Shown in pieces: positions 1 to 8,892 of a stretch of DNA of 64,000 bases. The DNA comes from Chloroflexota bacterium (GTDB taxonomy: Bacteria; Chloroflexota; UBA11872), in NCBI GenBank assembly GCA_965198285.1, contig OZ240251.1, forward strand, positions 2,056,620 through 2,120,619. The letters are read 5' to 3'. The notes beneath the pieces were generated by a model, which did no database searches, was not told where the DNA came from, and worked only from the letters and a program-made list of their open reading frames with translations. Both the position numbers and the translations under genes were made by a program. The first letter of the stretch is position 1, and each line of letters begins with the position of its first letter.

Positions 1-509
1 TCGAGCAGCACACCGGCGTCCTTGGAGAAAAAGAAGTCGACGTGGATCGCCCGCGGCTCACCGATCTCACCCGCGTGGACGACCCGCCGCGCCTCCTCGA
101 TGGCGGGCTGCGTGTTGCGGTTCCAGAGCAGGAACTGCACCCCGGCTCGTTCCACGGCTTCCACGATGGCGTCGCAGTCGGCGATGGTCGGCGCCATTGG
201 TTTGTCCTGAACCACATGCAGACCGGCCTCGGCCGATCGGACGCTGAGCCGTGCGTGGCGCGCCGCCTCTGACGAGACCACACCGATGTGTGGTCGATGC
301 TCGGTGATAGCCGCGTCGACGTCCGGCTGGTACGCCACGCCCAGATCGGCGGCCAGTTGTTCGTTTCGTTCGTGCACCCAGTCGGCTGCGTTCGGTTCGT
401 CGGCCACGCCGACGACCTGGAAACGCGGGTGGTTCCTGAACGCCAGCGCAACGTACTCGTGCTTGGCGGCGCTGAGCGCCAGCACGCGGTACCGCTCAGG
501 CGAGCTCAT
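1..509 (-). CDS. Gfo/Idh/MocA family oxidoreductase (3' end cut by window edge)
   Basis: Not in the ORF track because there is no stop inside the window. Reverse-strand ATG at 507-509 gives MSSPERYRVLALSAAKHEYVALAFRNHPRFQVVGVADEP...GLHVVQDKPMAPTIADCDAIVEAVERAGVQF, the N-terminal Rossmann half typical of this family. The start overlaps the upstream gene's end by 14 nt. Confidence 0.7.
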   Translation of the reverse strand, partial: MSSPERYRVLALSAAKHEYVALAFRNHPRFQVVGVADEPNAADWVHERNEQLAADLGVAYQPDVDAAITEHRPHIGVVSSEAARHARLSVRSAEAGLHVVQDKPMAPTIADCDAIVEAVERAGVQFLLWNRNTQPAIEEARRVVHAGEIGEPRAIHVDFFFSKDAGVLL

Positions 510-1530
510 GGCCGCCCTCCGAGAGGTTGGCGGTTTGCCCGGACGCGCCGGACGCGGCCGCGGCTTCCGCAACCTGGAGCGCCGCCACCGCGTCGGCGCC
601 GGATACCGAAGGATTGCGCCCTGCTGCGATCGCGTTGGCGAACTCGTCGAGTTGGGCCCGGACGGCCGACGCGCGCTGATCGCTTACATACGCCTGCGGG
701 CGGCCGCCTCGGTAGACCAATTGCACGTTGTGGTGATCGTCGGCGTAGGCCGAGCCCAGTGACCCGATCAGTGTCAGCGAGTAGTAGCCGCTGCCCAGCG
801 GCAACCCCGTCGCCACGCCGCAGATCGCCATGGCGCCGGACGCGAATCCCAGGTGAATTTGCAGGAGCTCGGGCCGGGCCTGGGCGTGGAGGTGCGTCGG
901 GCGTTCGCCGATGAGCCAGAGCGCCTGGTCGATCTCGTGTACGCCTTCATGCACGCACAGGCCGCCGCTGAGCGCCGGGTCGTGTTTCCAGCCGCCCGGC
1001 GGTCCGGGGAAGCGACGCAGCCAGCGGTGGCTGCGCAACATGCTGGGCCGGCCAAGTTCGCCGGCCGCCAGCGCCCGGTGCACCTGCACGTTTGCCGGCA
1101 CGAACCGCAGCGTGTGGGCCACCATCAGCCGCACGTCAGCACCTTCGGCTGCGCGCTGGACCGTTGCAGCCGACTCCGCCGAAAGGGCCAGTGGCGTTTC
1201 GACCAGCACGTGGCGTCCCGCGTTGATTGCGGTCAATGCGATGTCGGCATGCGAGGCGTTCGGTGTGTTGACGACTACGGCGTCGAACTCGCCGGTGTCC
1301 GATTCAAGGAGCGATGCCAGGCTGCCGACATGTGCCCGCACCCCAGCCGCGCCTGCGGCGGAGCGGGCCGCGTTCGGATCTACATCAACGGCGACCGTCA
1401 GTTTGCACAAGTCCGAGGCGGCGGCCGCGGCTGCCAGAGCCGCTGCGTTCCGACCACACCCAACCAGCGCCAACCGGATCACGGGCGCGCCTGCCTCCGT
1501 TGCGTAGGGGCGGATTCTAGCGCCGCTCAT
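496..1530 (-). CDS. Gfo/Idh/MocA family oxidoreductase
   Basis: 344-aa ORF. It has LALVGCGRNA (Rossmann GxGxxG-like), VVVNTPNASHADIALTAINAGRHVLVETP and a C-terminal alpha/beta domain. It is a tandem paralogue of the gene at 1-509. Confidence 0.85.
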   Translation of the reverse strand: MSGARIRPYATEAGAPVIRLALVGCGRNAAALAAAAAASDLCKLTVAVDVDPNAARSAAGAAGVRAHVGSLASLLESDTGEFDAVVVNTPNASHADIALTAINAGRHVLVETPLALSAESAATVQRAAEGADVRLMVAHTLRFVPANVQVHRALAAGELGRPSMLRSHRWLRRFPGPPGGWKHDPALSGGLCVHEGVHEIDQALWLIGERPTHLHAQARPELLQIHLGFASGAMAICGVATGLPLGSGYYSLTLIGSLGSAYADDHHNVQLVYRGGRPQAYVSDQRASAVRAQLDEFANAIAAGRNPSVSGADAVAALQVAEAAAASGASGQTANLSEGGHELA

Positions 1531-1694
1531 CCGCCTCGTGCGCGTAAGTCCGGGTTGAACGCTCGCACACCGTCCGCATCACAGCCGATCTCGCCGCTCG
1601 TTCTACGGGTGTATCTGCCGCCGGCGGAGCCTCACGCTTACCTGGCGCTAGACTTTCGGAGTCGCGGAACGATGCACAACCCCGCCAGAACACC

Positions 1695-3362
1695 ATGAAT
1701 AGACTCAACCGTCGCCGCGTGCTGGGGGCCGGCCTGGCGAGTGCGGCTGCCCTGCTGGTGGTTCCGGCGGCGGCCGGCGCCGACGTTGCCGCCGACTTCT
1801 TGCCAACTCTGGAGCAGGGCGCGGGCAGCGCGCCCTGGGGCGTGGCAATTGGGCCCGACGGGCTGATCTATGTCACCGACTCCCGGCTGCACCAGCTTGC
1901 GGCGCAATCGCCGGATGGTGGAATCGTGCGCGTGCTGGCTTCGTCCGGCTCGGGTTCTGGGCAGCTGCGGCGTCCGCAGGGCGTGGCTGTATCGCCCGAG
2001 GGCGAGGTCTACGTTGTCGACGGCGGTAATCGGCGCGTGCAGGTCTTCGACCTGCTGGGTGAGCTGCGCCGTCAATGGGGCCGCCGCGGGTCCGATCCAG
2101 GTGAGTTCGACGCGCCGCGCGGTATTGCACTCGATGCATTCGGCGATGTGTACGTGGCCGATGGATTCAACGACCGCGTGCAGAAATTCAGTAGGGACGG
2201 CGAGTTCTTGCTGGCCTGGGGTGAGCGCGGGCGCTCGCCGGGGCAGTTCAGCACACCGACCGGCATCGCAGTCGGAGCGTCGCAGACGATTTATGTGGCC
2301 GATACGTTTCGCGACCGCGTGCAGGCCTTCGATCCGGACGGATCATTCGTCCGCTTCGTGACCGAACCGTCGGTCACTAGGAACCCTATCGGCCTGGCCG
2401 TGGATTCGGCCGACCGTCTTTACATAACAGAAGACGTCGATCATCGCCTGGTCGTTGTCGAAAGCGACGGGACGGTCGTGGGAACCATCGGTTCGGAGGG
2501 TCGTCTGGATGGAGAGTTCCAGTTCCCACGAGGCGTTGCCGTAGACGAGGCCGGCCGCGTGTACGTGGCCGACTCACTGAACCATCGGGTGCAGACCTTC
2601 CGTACGAGCCTTCAACAATTCGCGCCGCCCGCGGAAGCGGCCGACCTCGCCATAGGTGTGGCGGCTCGGGCGCCGTTGACCTCCTCTACCGCACACAACC
2701 TGACTAACTGGCTGGTGCGCCTGGACGGTCAACTCCGAGTTGCGCCCTTTGCGGCTTACTTCACCGCAACGGGCGGAATCGACCGCTGGGGATGGCCGAT
2801 CTCAGAACCCGTACAGGAAAGTGATGGAGAGGTCTCGCAGTTCTTTCAGCGTGGGGTGATGGACTGGACGGCTGACGCCCACGACGGCCGAGCGGTGGTT
2901 CCTCACCCGGTCTGGGAGTTCCTGGGCGGCGGACGTGGCGGCGCGCCGGACCTTGGCGTCGAGGCCGACGTCACATCGGATCAGCCTGGCGAGGTAGTCG
3001 GGACCTGGGGCCATCGTGTCTCAAACTTCGCCATCGACGGTACGGAGATCGGATTCCTCGAGTTTTTCAACACCTACGGCGGCGAGGCCCAGTTCGGCGC
3101 GCCCCGGACCGACGCGCGGCCGGACACCGGTGCCGCGGGCACGTTGTATACGGACGACGCACCGTTGGGCGTCATTCGCCAGTATTTCCAGAACGCTGTG
3201 TTCGAGTTTGCCCCGGACCGTCCCCAGCCGGTGCGCCTGCGCCTGATCGGGGAGTTGCTGCGGGATCGACGCTATCCGGGCTGGAGCGAGTTGACGGCGT
3301 TCACCGACCAGTCAGCGGTCCAGAAAGGCCAGAGCGTCGAGATTCCGGACCTTCGCGGCTAA
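1695..3362 (+). CDS. secreted NHL-repeat beta-propeller protein with C-terminal LGFP-like repeats
   Basis: N-terminus MNRLNRRRVLGAGLASAAALLVVPAAAGA looks like a Tat signal. It is followed by about six repeats of the type G.G.G.F..P.GIAVD..G.VYVAD..N.RVQ.F (NHL). The C-terminal half carries WGWPISEP...QFFQRGVMDW and FGAPRTD...RQYFQNAVFEF (LGFP-like). Confidence 0.8.
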   Translation: MNRLNRRRVLGAGLASAAALLVVPAAAGADVAADFLPTLEQGAGSAPWGVAIGPDGLIYVTDSRLHQLAAQSPDGGIVRVLASSGSGSGQLRRPQGVAVSPEGEVYVVDGGNRRVQVFDLLGELRRQWGRRGSDPGEFDAPRGIALDAFGDVYVADGFNDRVQKFSRDGEFLLAWGERGRSPGQFSTPTGIAVGASQTIYVADTFRDRVQAFDPDGSFVRFVTEPSVTRNPIGLAVDSADRLYITEDVDHRLVVVESDGTVVGTIGSEGRLDGEFQFPRGVAVDEAGRVYVADSLNHRVQTFRTSLQQFAPPAEAADLAIGVAARAPLTSSTAHNLTNWLVRLDGQLRVAPFAAYFTATGGIDRWGWPISEPVQESDGEVSQFFQRGVMDWTADAHDGRAVVPHPVWEFLGGGRGGAPDLGVEADVTSDQPGEVVGTWGHRVSNFAIDGTEIGFLEFFNTYGGEAQFGAPRTDARPDTGAAGTLYTDDAPLGVIRQYFQNAVFEFAPDRPQPVRLRLIGELLRDRRYPGWSELTAFTDQSAVQKGQSVEIPDLRG

Positions 3363-4558
3363 GGGAAGTAGCTCTCGCAGTTGTCCCGCACGAACGTCGG
3401 GTTGCCCTGGTCGTCCAGGTGGGATTGGGTCGATTCGAGCAGGCTGTCCTGCACGAAGTCGCGGATTGCGTGCAGGTCCGGTCGCAGCAGGTTCGCACCG
3501 TCCAGACCCTGCTCCGGAACCAGCAGGTCATGCCCGCGCGCGTGGACGGCCCATGAGTTGATTCGTTCCTGCGGAATGGCCAGCAACAGGTTGCCCAGCG
3601 CCGGGACCCTATCGATCGGGAAGTCAGTCTTGAACGCCCCGCTCAGGCTGGCGATCAGGCCCGGCGCGTTGACGAGCAGCGCGGGAGAGAGTGACTGCTC
3701 GCGCAGCGCCCGCACCACCTGCTGTTGCCGGCAGATGCGGGCAAAGTCCCCGCCGCTGTCGTACTTGCGCGAGCGCCCGTAGGCCACGGCCTCGCGCCCG
3801 TTCAGCGTGTTCCAGCCTTCCTCCAGGATCAGTCGGATTTCTTCTTCGGTTTCCAGGTAGATGAAACGCTCGTCGAACTCCCGGTTGGACCAGACTCGAA
3901 CCCCGCCCAGCTGATTGATGATGGCTTCGACGCCATGAAAATTCACCAGCAGCCAATGGTCGATGTGCAGGCCGGTGACGTAGCGCAGGGTCTGCTTGAA
4001 CGCGTCGATGCCCTGCCGCTTGTACACCTCGTTGATGCGCGAGGAGTGCCCGTCGCATGCGCCCAGACATAGATCGCGCGGAAGGGATAGCACGAAGATG
4101 GTGTCGGACGCCGGGTCGATGCTGACGATCATGATCACGTCGGTATTGCCCACGAAAGTCTCCGCCTGGTCCACGCCCAGCACCAGCAGGTTGAGCCGCT
4201 CGGTCGGCTCGGGTGCCGGCGCGACGGCGTAGGCGGGTGGCGCCGTGGTGGGTATCGGAGCGGGTGGCGCCGTCGCCTGCGGCGCGTTGTTCGGCTGCGT
4301 CGGCGTTGCTACGGCGGCGGTTGTCCCGCCAGCCTCAGGCGTCGGTTGGTTCGACGCACGCGGCGCGGCAACGATGTTCGGCGGCGCGGATGGCGCCGAC
4401 GTGACGGTCGGAGGCGGAGCCGTCGCGGGGTCGCCACAGGCCGAGAGCGCCATCAGGCCAACCAGTACAACGCCTACTCGGCGTAGGCTGCGCTTCAATG
4501 CATTTCGCATGGATTTGACGGTGCGGCTGAGGTCCAACTCGGTATTTGCAAGTATCAC
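3359..4558 (-). CDS. LytR/CpsA/Psr (LCP) family protein
   Basis: N-terminal TM anchor, a Pro/Ala-rich linker, then LNLLVLGVDQ...NTDVIMIVSIDPASDTIFVLSLPRDL...NFHGVEAIINQLGGVRV, the LCP core motifs. Confidence 0.85.
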   Translation of the reverse strand: MILANTELDLSRTVKSMRNALKRSLRRVGVVLVGLMALSACGDPATAPPPTVTSAPSAPPNIVAAPRASNQPTPEAGGTTAAVATPTQPNNAPQATAPPAPIPTTAPPAYAVAPAPEPTERLNLLVLGVDQAETFVGNTDVIMIVSIDPASDTIFVLSLPRDLCLGACDGHSSRINEVYKRQGIDAFKQTLRYVTGLHIDHWLLVNFHGVEAIINQLGGVRVWSNREFDERFIYLETEEEIRLILEEGWNTLNGREAVAYGRSRKYDSGGDFARICRQQQVVRALREQSLSPALLVNAPGLIASLSGAFKTDFPIDRVPALGNLLLAIPQERINSWAVHARGHDLLVPEQGLDGANLLRPDLHAIRDFVQDSLLESTQSHLDDQGNPTFVRDNCESYFP

Positions 4559-4606
4559 GGACTGCGTGATCCCCTCCCGTCACGCATCGGTCTGGACGAG
4601 CACCGC

Positions 4607-5434
4607 GTGACGCGGTACGACGCCGACAAGCATCCGGTGGACGTCGACCCTGCGTTTCGCCGGGACTTTCAGGACCGGATCGTGCGGTGGTACCGACGGG
4701 CAGGTCGCGAACTGCCGTGGCGCTCGATCACGTCGCCCTACCAGGTTGCCGTATCCGAGATCCTGCTCCAGCAGACCCAGGCGGCGCGGGTTGCGCCGGT
4801 CTTCCAGGAATTTGTGGCCCGCTGGCCGCGCGTTCACGACCTGCACGCGGCGCCGCTGGCGGAAGTCAAGGCGCTTACGGACCCGCTGGGTTATCACATC
4901 CGAGGCTTCTGGCTGAAGGAACTGGCCCGGATCGTGGTTGAACGGCATGGCGGCGACTTGCCGGACTCGCTGGCAGCCCTGCGAGAACTTCCAGGTCTCG
5001 GACCCTACGCAGCGGCTGCCGTGTACGTCTTTGGCCTGCGGCGCCGCGCGGCCTTGCTGGATACGAACATTGCACGGGTGCTCACGCGCGCCGTGGGACT
5101 GCCGGCGGACGGCTCGGTCTACCGCGACAACCGGCGGCTGCGAGATCTGGCCGAGCAACTGGTACCGGCGCGGCGGCACTACGACTACCACCAGGGCCTG
5201 ATGGACCTGGGCGCAACCGTCTGCTTGTCCCGCTCACCGCGCTGCGACGGCTGTCCGCTGCGACGCATGTGCCGCGCGGTCGTTGGCGGGCCGCCGGCCG
5301 CCGTCTGGCAGGAGCACGGCGTGGTGATGGCGGCGGAGCGAACCGTCGGGTACCGGGTGGGGTCCAGGGCGGCCGTCAATCCGGCTCAGGACGGTTCGAA
5401 TCGTCGGACATCACGCCAAGATCGCTCGCAGTAG
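4607..5434 (+). CDS. HhH-GPD superfamily adenine DNA glycosylase (MutY-like, lacks NUDIX-like C-terminal domain)
   Basis: GTG start. Motifs: LPWR...PY.V.VSEILLQQTQ, the helix-hairpin-helix LPGLGPYAAAAV, and the 4Fe-4S loop CLSRSPRCDGCPLRRMC (Cx6Cx2Cx5C). The 3' end overlaps the convergent GT9 gene by 59 nt. Confidence 0.8.
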   Translation: MTRYDADKHPVDVDPAFRRDFQDRIVRWYRRAGRELPWRSITSPYQVAVSEILLQQTQAARVAPVFQEFVARWPRVHDLHAAPLAEVKALTDPLGYHIRGFWLKELARIVVERHGGDLPDSLAALRELPGLGPYAAAAVYVFGLRRRAALLDTNIARVLTRAVGLPADGSVYRDNRRLRDLAEQLVPARRHYDYHQGLMDLGATVCLSRSPRCDGCPLRRMCRAVVGGPPAAVWQEHGVVMAAERTVGYRVGSRAAVNPAQDGSNRRTSRQDRSQ

Positions 5435-6602
5435 CCCGCCGCGACAGCAATTGGCGCACCGCCGTGGTCACCATGTCCACCGGCGGCGGCCGACCCAATC
5501 CCTGCGCCTTGCCGCCGGTGTAGACCGGGATCGCCAACGGCGTCACCGTGCCGTAGATCCACGCCTCGGTGGCGGTGAAGATGGTGACGCTTGGGGTGCT
5601 CACGCCGAGCGCCATCTGTGCGCTGGCCGAATCGTTGCCGACGAAGAGATCGCTGCCGGCAATCAGAGCGCCCAGCTGCCCGAACGTTGTACGGCTGTCA
5701 AGGCTTGTGGCCGACTCGGTCATTGCTCGCAGCACGGCCGCGATGGACGGGCTGTCGGAAGCAGTTCCGACGAGGCACACGCGGGCGCCCCGGCGCTGAA
5801 TCAGCCAGTCGGCCACCGCGGCAAAACGCTCCGCGGGCCATCGTTTCGTCACGTCCACGGCACCCGGGTTCACGCCACCGCCCGGCGCGATTACCACCCG
5901 CAACGCCGTGGAGTTGAGGTCGAACTCCTCAGCGAGCCGCCGTGCGGCTTCTACGTCGTCCTGGGTGGGCCGGAACACGCACGCGGCGTCCGTCGGGTTC
6001 AGGCCCGCCATGCGGGCCACGCTTCGGTAGGTCTCGACCTCGTTGTCCTCCACGCCCACCGACACGCGTGTGGTGTGGGCGAATCCGCGTAGTCGGCTGT
6101 CCAGCCCGATGCGGTAAGGAATCCGCGCGAAGTACGGCAGCAGGGCCATGGCCGGCGACCGGTCCAGCACGAACCCCGCATCAAACCCGCGCTCCCGCAG
6201 CCTACGGACGAAGGCCCGATACTCGGCCGCGTCGTATCGTCGCGGTGTGCCCAGCATCCCCATCGGCATGATCTCGTCGATGTCGGGGTTGTTGGCGAGC
6301 GCCGGCGCGGCGTAGTCGCCGACCGCAAATGTGATGCGAGCGTGTGGCAGCCCCCGTCGCAGCGTGGCCGTGAACCCCGTGGCTCGCAGCACGTCCCCCA
6401 GGGCCAGCGGTTTGATGACCAGCACCGACATCTGCGGTTTGGGCGGCAGCGGCCGGCCTTCGGGCGTTTTGGGACGAATAGCCAGCCGCGTCAGCCAGCA
6501 CAGGGCCGTGATGCCGGCGGCGCGCGGTCCAGTGCGCCGGCGCCAGTCGTCGCGGAACGTGCCATGCGGACGGAGACGAAAGCTGCTCATCGAGCTGCCC
6601 AA
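5376..6602 (-). CDS. glycosyltransferase family 9 (heptosyltransferase-like)
   Basis: MSVLVIKPLALGDVLRATGF...PDIDEIM and the C-terminal GNDSASAQMA region are typical of GT9. The family-typical N-terminus begins at the internal ATG at 6431 (MSVLVIK), so the first 57 codons of the ORF may not be translated. Confidence 0.8.
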   Translation of the reverse strand: MGSSMSSFRLRPHGTFRDDWRRRTGPRAAGITALCWLTRLAIRPKTPEGRPLPPKPQMSVLVIKPLALGDVLRATGFTATLRRGLPHARITFAVGDYAAPALANNPDIDEIMPMGMLGTPRRYDAAEYRAFVRRLRERGFDAGFVLDRSPAMALLPYFARIPYRIGLDSRLRGFAHTTRVSVGVEDNEVETYRSVARMAGLNPTDAACVFRPTQDDVEAARRLAEEFDLNSTALRVVIAPGGGVNPGAVDVTKRWPAERFAAVADWLIQRRGARVCLVGTASDSPSIAAVLRAMTESATSLDSRTTFGQLGALIAGSDLFVGNDSASAQMALGVSTPSVTIFTATEAWIYGTVTPLAIPVYTGGKAQGLGRPPPVDMVTTAVRQLLSRRATASDLGVMSDDSNRPEPD

Positions 6603-6699
6603 AACACTGTTGCTGGCAACGTCTTCCCGCCTCGCCCCCGGTCCAGGTGACCGAACGAGCCTACAATCGCCCGCTTCGACGGGTCCGGACGCGCGACGA

Positions 6700-7116
6700 A
6701 TGCCCGTTTACGAATACCACTGCACCTCCTGCGGCCGCCGCTCGTCGCGGCTCTTCAAGACGCTCGCCGCCGTAGTCCATCCCGACTGCCCGCACTGCGG
6801 TCAGTCGACCCTGAGGCGCTTGTTCTCTCGGCCCACCCTCATGCGTGGCGAACGCTCTGAATCCGATGACTTCGGTGGCGATGACCTTGGAATGGACGAT
6901 GCCGCGCTGGCCGAACTGATGCCAGGTCTGGAGTCTGGCGACCCGCGCAGCCTGGCCCGCATGACCCGCCACATGTCCGAGGAGATGGGGGAGGACATCC
7001 CCCAGGAGTATGAAGGTGTCCTGAATCGCATGGAGGCGGGCGAGATGCCGTCGGACGAGGAGTTCGACGCCGTCGAGCCCGACGACGGCGATGCAATAGA
7101 CAGCGACGACCATTAG
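6700..7116 (+). CDS. FmdB-family zinc-ribbon protein with acidic C-terminal tail
   Basis: MPVYEYHCTSCG...CPHCG (two CxxC pairs, the MP.YEY.C signature), followed by an Asp/Glu-rich tail. The track ORF 6331-7116 extends upstream with no protein-like sequence. Confidence 0.8.
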   Translation: MPVYEYHCTSCGRRSSRLFKTLAAVVHPDCPHCGQSTLRRLFSRPTLMRGERSESDDFGGDDLGMDDAALAELMPGLESGDPRSLARMTRHMSEEMGEDIPQEYEGVLNRMEAGEMPSDEEFDAVEPDDGDAIDSDDH

Positions 7117-7936
7117 TACTCGGCTGGTTGCGCTCGACGTTGATGGAACGCTGGCGCGGCACGGCTCGCCGATCGATCCAGACGTGCTGGGTACGCTGCG
7201 CGAGGCTGCGGACCGCGGCGTTCAGGTCGTCATCGCCACGGGCCGTGGCTGGCTGAACATGCGCGACATCGTGCCGCTGCTGCCGCCGTCGGCGTATCTG
7301 GTGCTGAACAACGGGTCCAGCACCCGGGTCGCGGCGGACGGGCGCTTACTCGATGCGCATGAGATTCCCTACGCCGTAGCCAATCGCGCACGCCTAGCCT
7401 TTCGCGGGGCCGGTCTGCCGGTTATCTGGATCGAGTCGGCCACCTCAGGCAACCGCTATCTGATTGACGGTGACTGGCGGACCTGGACGCCCTACCGCCG
7501 CTACCTGGACCCCAAGGGAGCATGGGTCTGCCGTCTGGAGCATCCCGAGCTGGCGCCGCCGCCGGCACAGATTTTTGTCCTGGCGCCACCCAAGCTTGGA
7601 CCGGCCCTTGAACATGAGCTGCGGTCCACGCTAAGTGACCGCGCTTCCGTTGTTACATGGCGCAGCCGTCGTCTGGAATCAGTTGGGCTGGAGATCCTGC
7701 CGGCTGGAGTCACCAAGGGCGCGGTCGTGGCGCAGCTTGCTGATCGTCTGGGTGTGCAGGCGACCGAGGCTCTGGCCGTTGGGGACGACCTCAACGATCT
7801 TGAAATGCTTGAGTGGGCCGGGCGCGGGATTGCCATTGAAGGCTCACCGCCGCTCTTGCTGAAAGCAGCCGACGCCGTCATCCCGAACGACAATCACAGC
7901 CTGCGGCGCGTGCTTGAGGAGCTTCGCGGCGTGTAA
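7112..7936 (+). CDS. Cof-type HAD-IIB phosphatase (start codon unresolved, non-canonical)
   Basis: LVALDVDGTLARHG (HAD motif I), VVIATGRG, and GDDLNDLEML (motif IV). Motif I at 7136-7150 lies upstream of the first canonical start (GTG 7184). An in-frame TAG is at 7097-7099, so initiation must fall in 7100-7135; ATT 7112 and CTG 7124 are the candidates. Confidence 0.75.
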   Translation: MSTRLVALDVDGTLARHGSPIDPDVLGTLREAADRGVQVVIATGRGWLNMRDIVPLLPPSAYLVLNNGSSTRVAADGRLLDAHEIPYAVANRARLAFRGAGLPVIWIESATSGNRYLIDGDWRTWTPYRRYLDPKGAWVCRLEHPELAPPPAQIFVLAPPKLGPALEHELRSTLSDRASVVTWRSRRLESVGLEILPAGVTKGAVVAQLADRLGVQATEALAVGDDLNDLEMLEWAGRGIAIEGSPPLLLKAADAVIPNDNHSLRRVLEELRGV

Positions 7937-7993
7937 GCGGCGTCCCGCCGCTCGGACCCAAACCAGCGGCCGCCTGACTGCTGCCGCTTAGGA

Positions 7994-8563
7994 TTGCGGT
8001 TGATGCGACCAACCTTGATCGTGGTCAGCGGTCCGCCCGCTTCAGGCAAGACGACCCTCGCGCACTCGCTGGCCCGGGCAGTGCATTGCCCGGTCATCTG
8101 CCGCGACGAAATCAAGGAGGGGCTGCTGAACCGCGGTCTAACTGAGTCGACCTGCCCAAAAGCCGGCGATGCGGCCACGCAACTCGCCACAGCGGCGTTT
8201 TTCGATGTGATCGAACTCCTGATCCAGCGCGGTGTCACCCTGGTAGCTGAGGCGGCGTTCCAACACCGGCGCTGGGCGCCGCGCCTCATGGCGTTGAGTG
8301 AGTCGGCCGACGTCCGAATCATCAATTGTGTGATCGACGTGGCGGTCACTCACGAACGCCGCGTCCGGCGCTGGCGCAACGAGCCGTGGCGCCGACGCTT
8401 CCATGCCGATCCCGACTTGGACCAGATGGCTCGGATCGAACGGCGCGAGGTTGTCCTGCCTCCCTATCAGCCGGTTCGGCTGGATCTGCCGACGCTGGTC
8501 GTCGACACTAGCAACGGTTACCGGCCACAGTTCGACGCCATCGTGTCGTTCGCGCGGGGGTAA
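7994..8563 (+). CDS. P-loop ATP-binding protein (AAA_33 / zeta-toxin-like small kinase fold)
   Basis: Walker A LIVVSGPPASGKTTLA near the N-terminus of a 189-aa protein. No closer assignment is possible by eye. Confidence 0.65.
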   Translation: MRLMRPTLIVVSGPPASGKTTLAHSLARAVHCPVICRDEIKEGLLNRGLTESTCPKAGDAATQLATAAFFDVIELLIQRGVTLVAEAAFQHRRWAPRLMALSESADVRIINCVIDVAVTHERRVRRWRNEPWRRRFHADPDLDQMARIERREVVLPPYQPVRLDLPTLVVDTSNGYRPQFDAIVSFARG

Positions 8564-8646
8564 ATGCGCGACCGTTCGCGTCTGGCACGCGTGGCTTGGC
8601 TGCCTGCTGGGCCGGACAGACCCAGTGCTACGATTCGATCGCATGC

Positions 8647-8719
8647 GCCGACGTAGCTCAGTTGGTAGAGCAGGGCTTTCGTAAAGCTCAGGTCGTCAGT
8701 TCGAGTCTGACCGTCGGCT
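8647..8719 (+). tRNA. tRNA-Thr (anticodon CGT)
   Basis: Hand-folded cloverleaf: acceptor GCCGACG/CGTCGGC, D arm GCTC..GAGC, anticodon stem GGGCT/AGCTC with loop TTCGTAA, T arm GTCAG-TTCGAGT-CTGAC. 73 nt; CCA is not encoded. Confidence 0.9.
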
Positions 8720-8892
8720 CCGAACCGGTCTGGACGGCCTCCAAGTCCAAACGACGGTACGTAGGTGGCCCAGTCCTTTCGTGGCATCTCGGGCGCCGAA
8801 ACCCTCTGGCCGCTCCAGGCCGGGTGGTCTGTCATGTCACCAACGAGTGGGGCCCGAGCCTAGGTCGCCCGTCAGCTGCCGCAGGTGCCGCG

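Noticed and set aside
288-1698. Track ORFs 288-914, 853-1698 and 911-1507 on the + strand.
   Set aside because: They are antisense or alternate-frame to two clear Gfo/Idh/MocA genes. Their translations are Arg/Pro/Ala-rich with no motifs, which is typical of GC-rich shadow ORFs.
6331-6699. Upstream part of track ORF 6331-7116.
   Set aside because: It is antisense to the 5' end of the GT9 gene. The FmdB-type protein begins with the family-typical MPVYEYHC at 6700.
8647-8892. tRNA-Thr as an integration site for a mobile element.
   Set aside because: There is no integrase, no partial tRNA 3'-end duplicate and no foreign-looking genes downstream.
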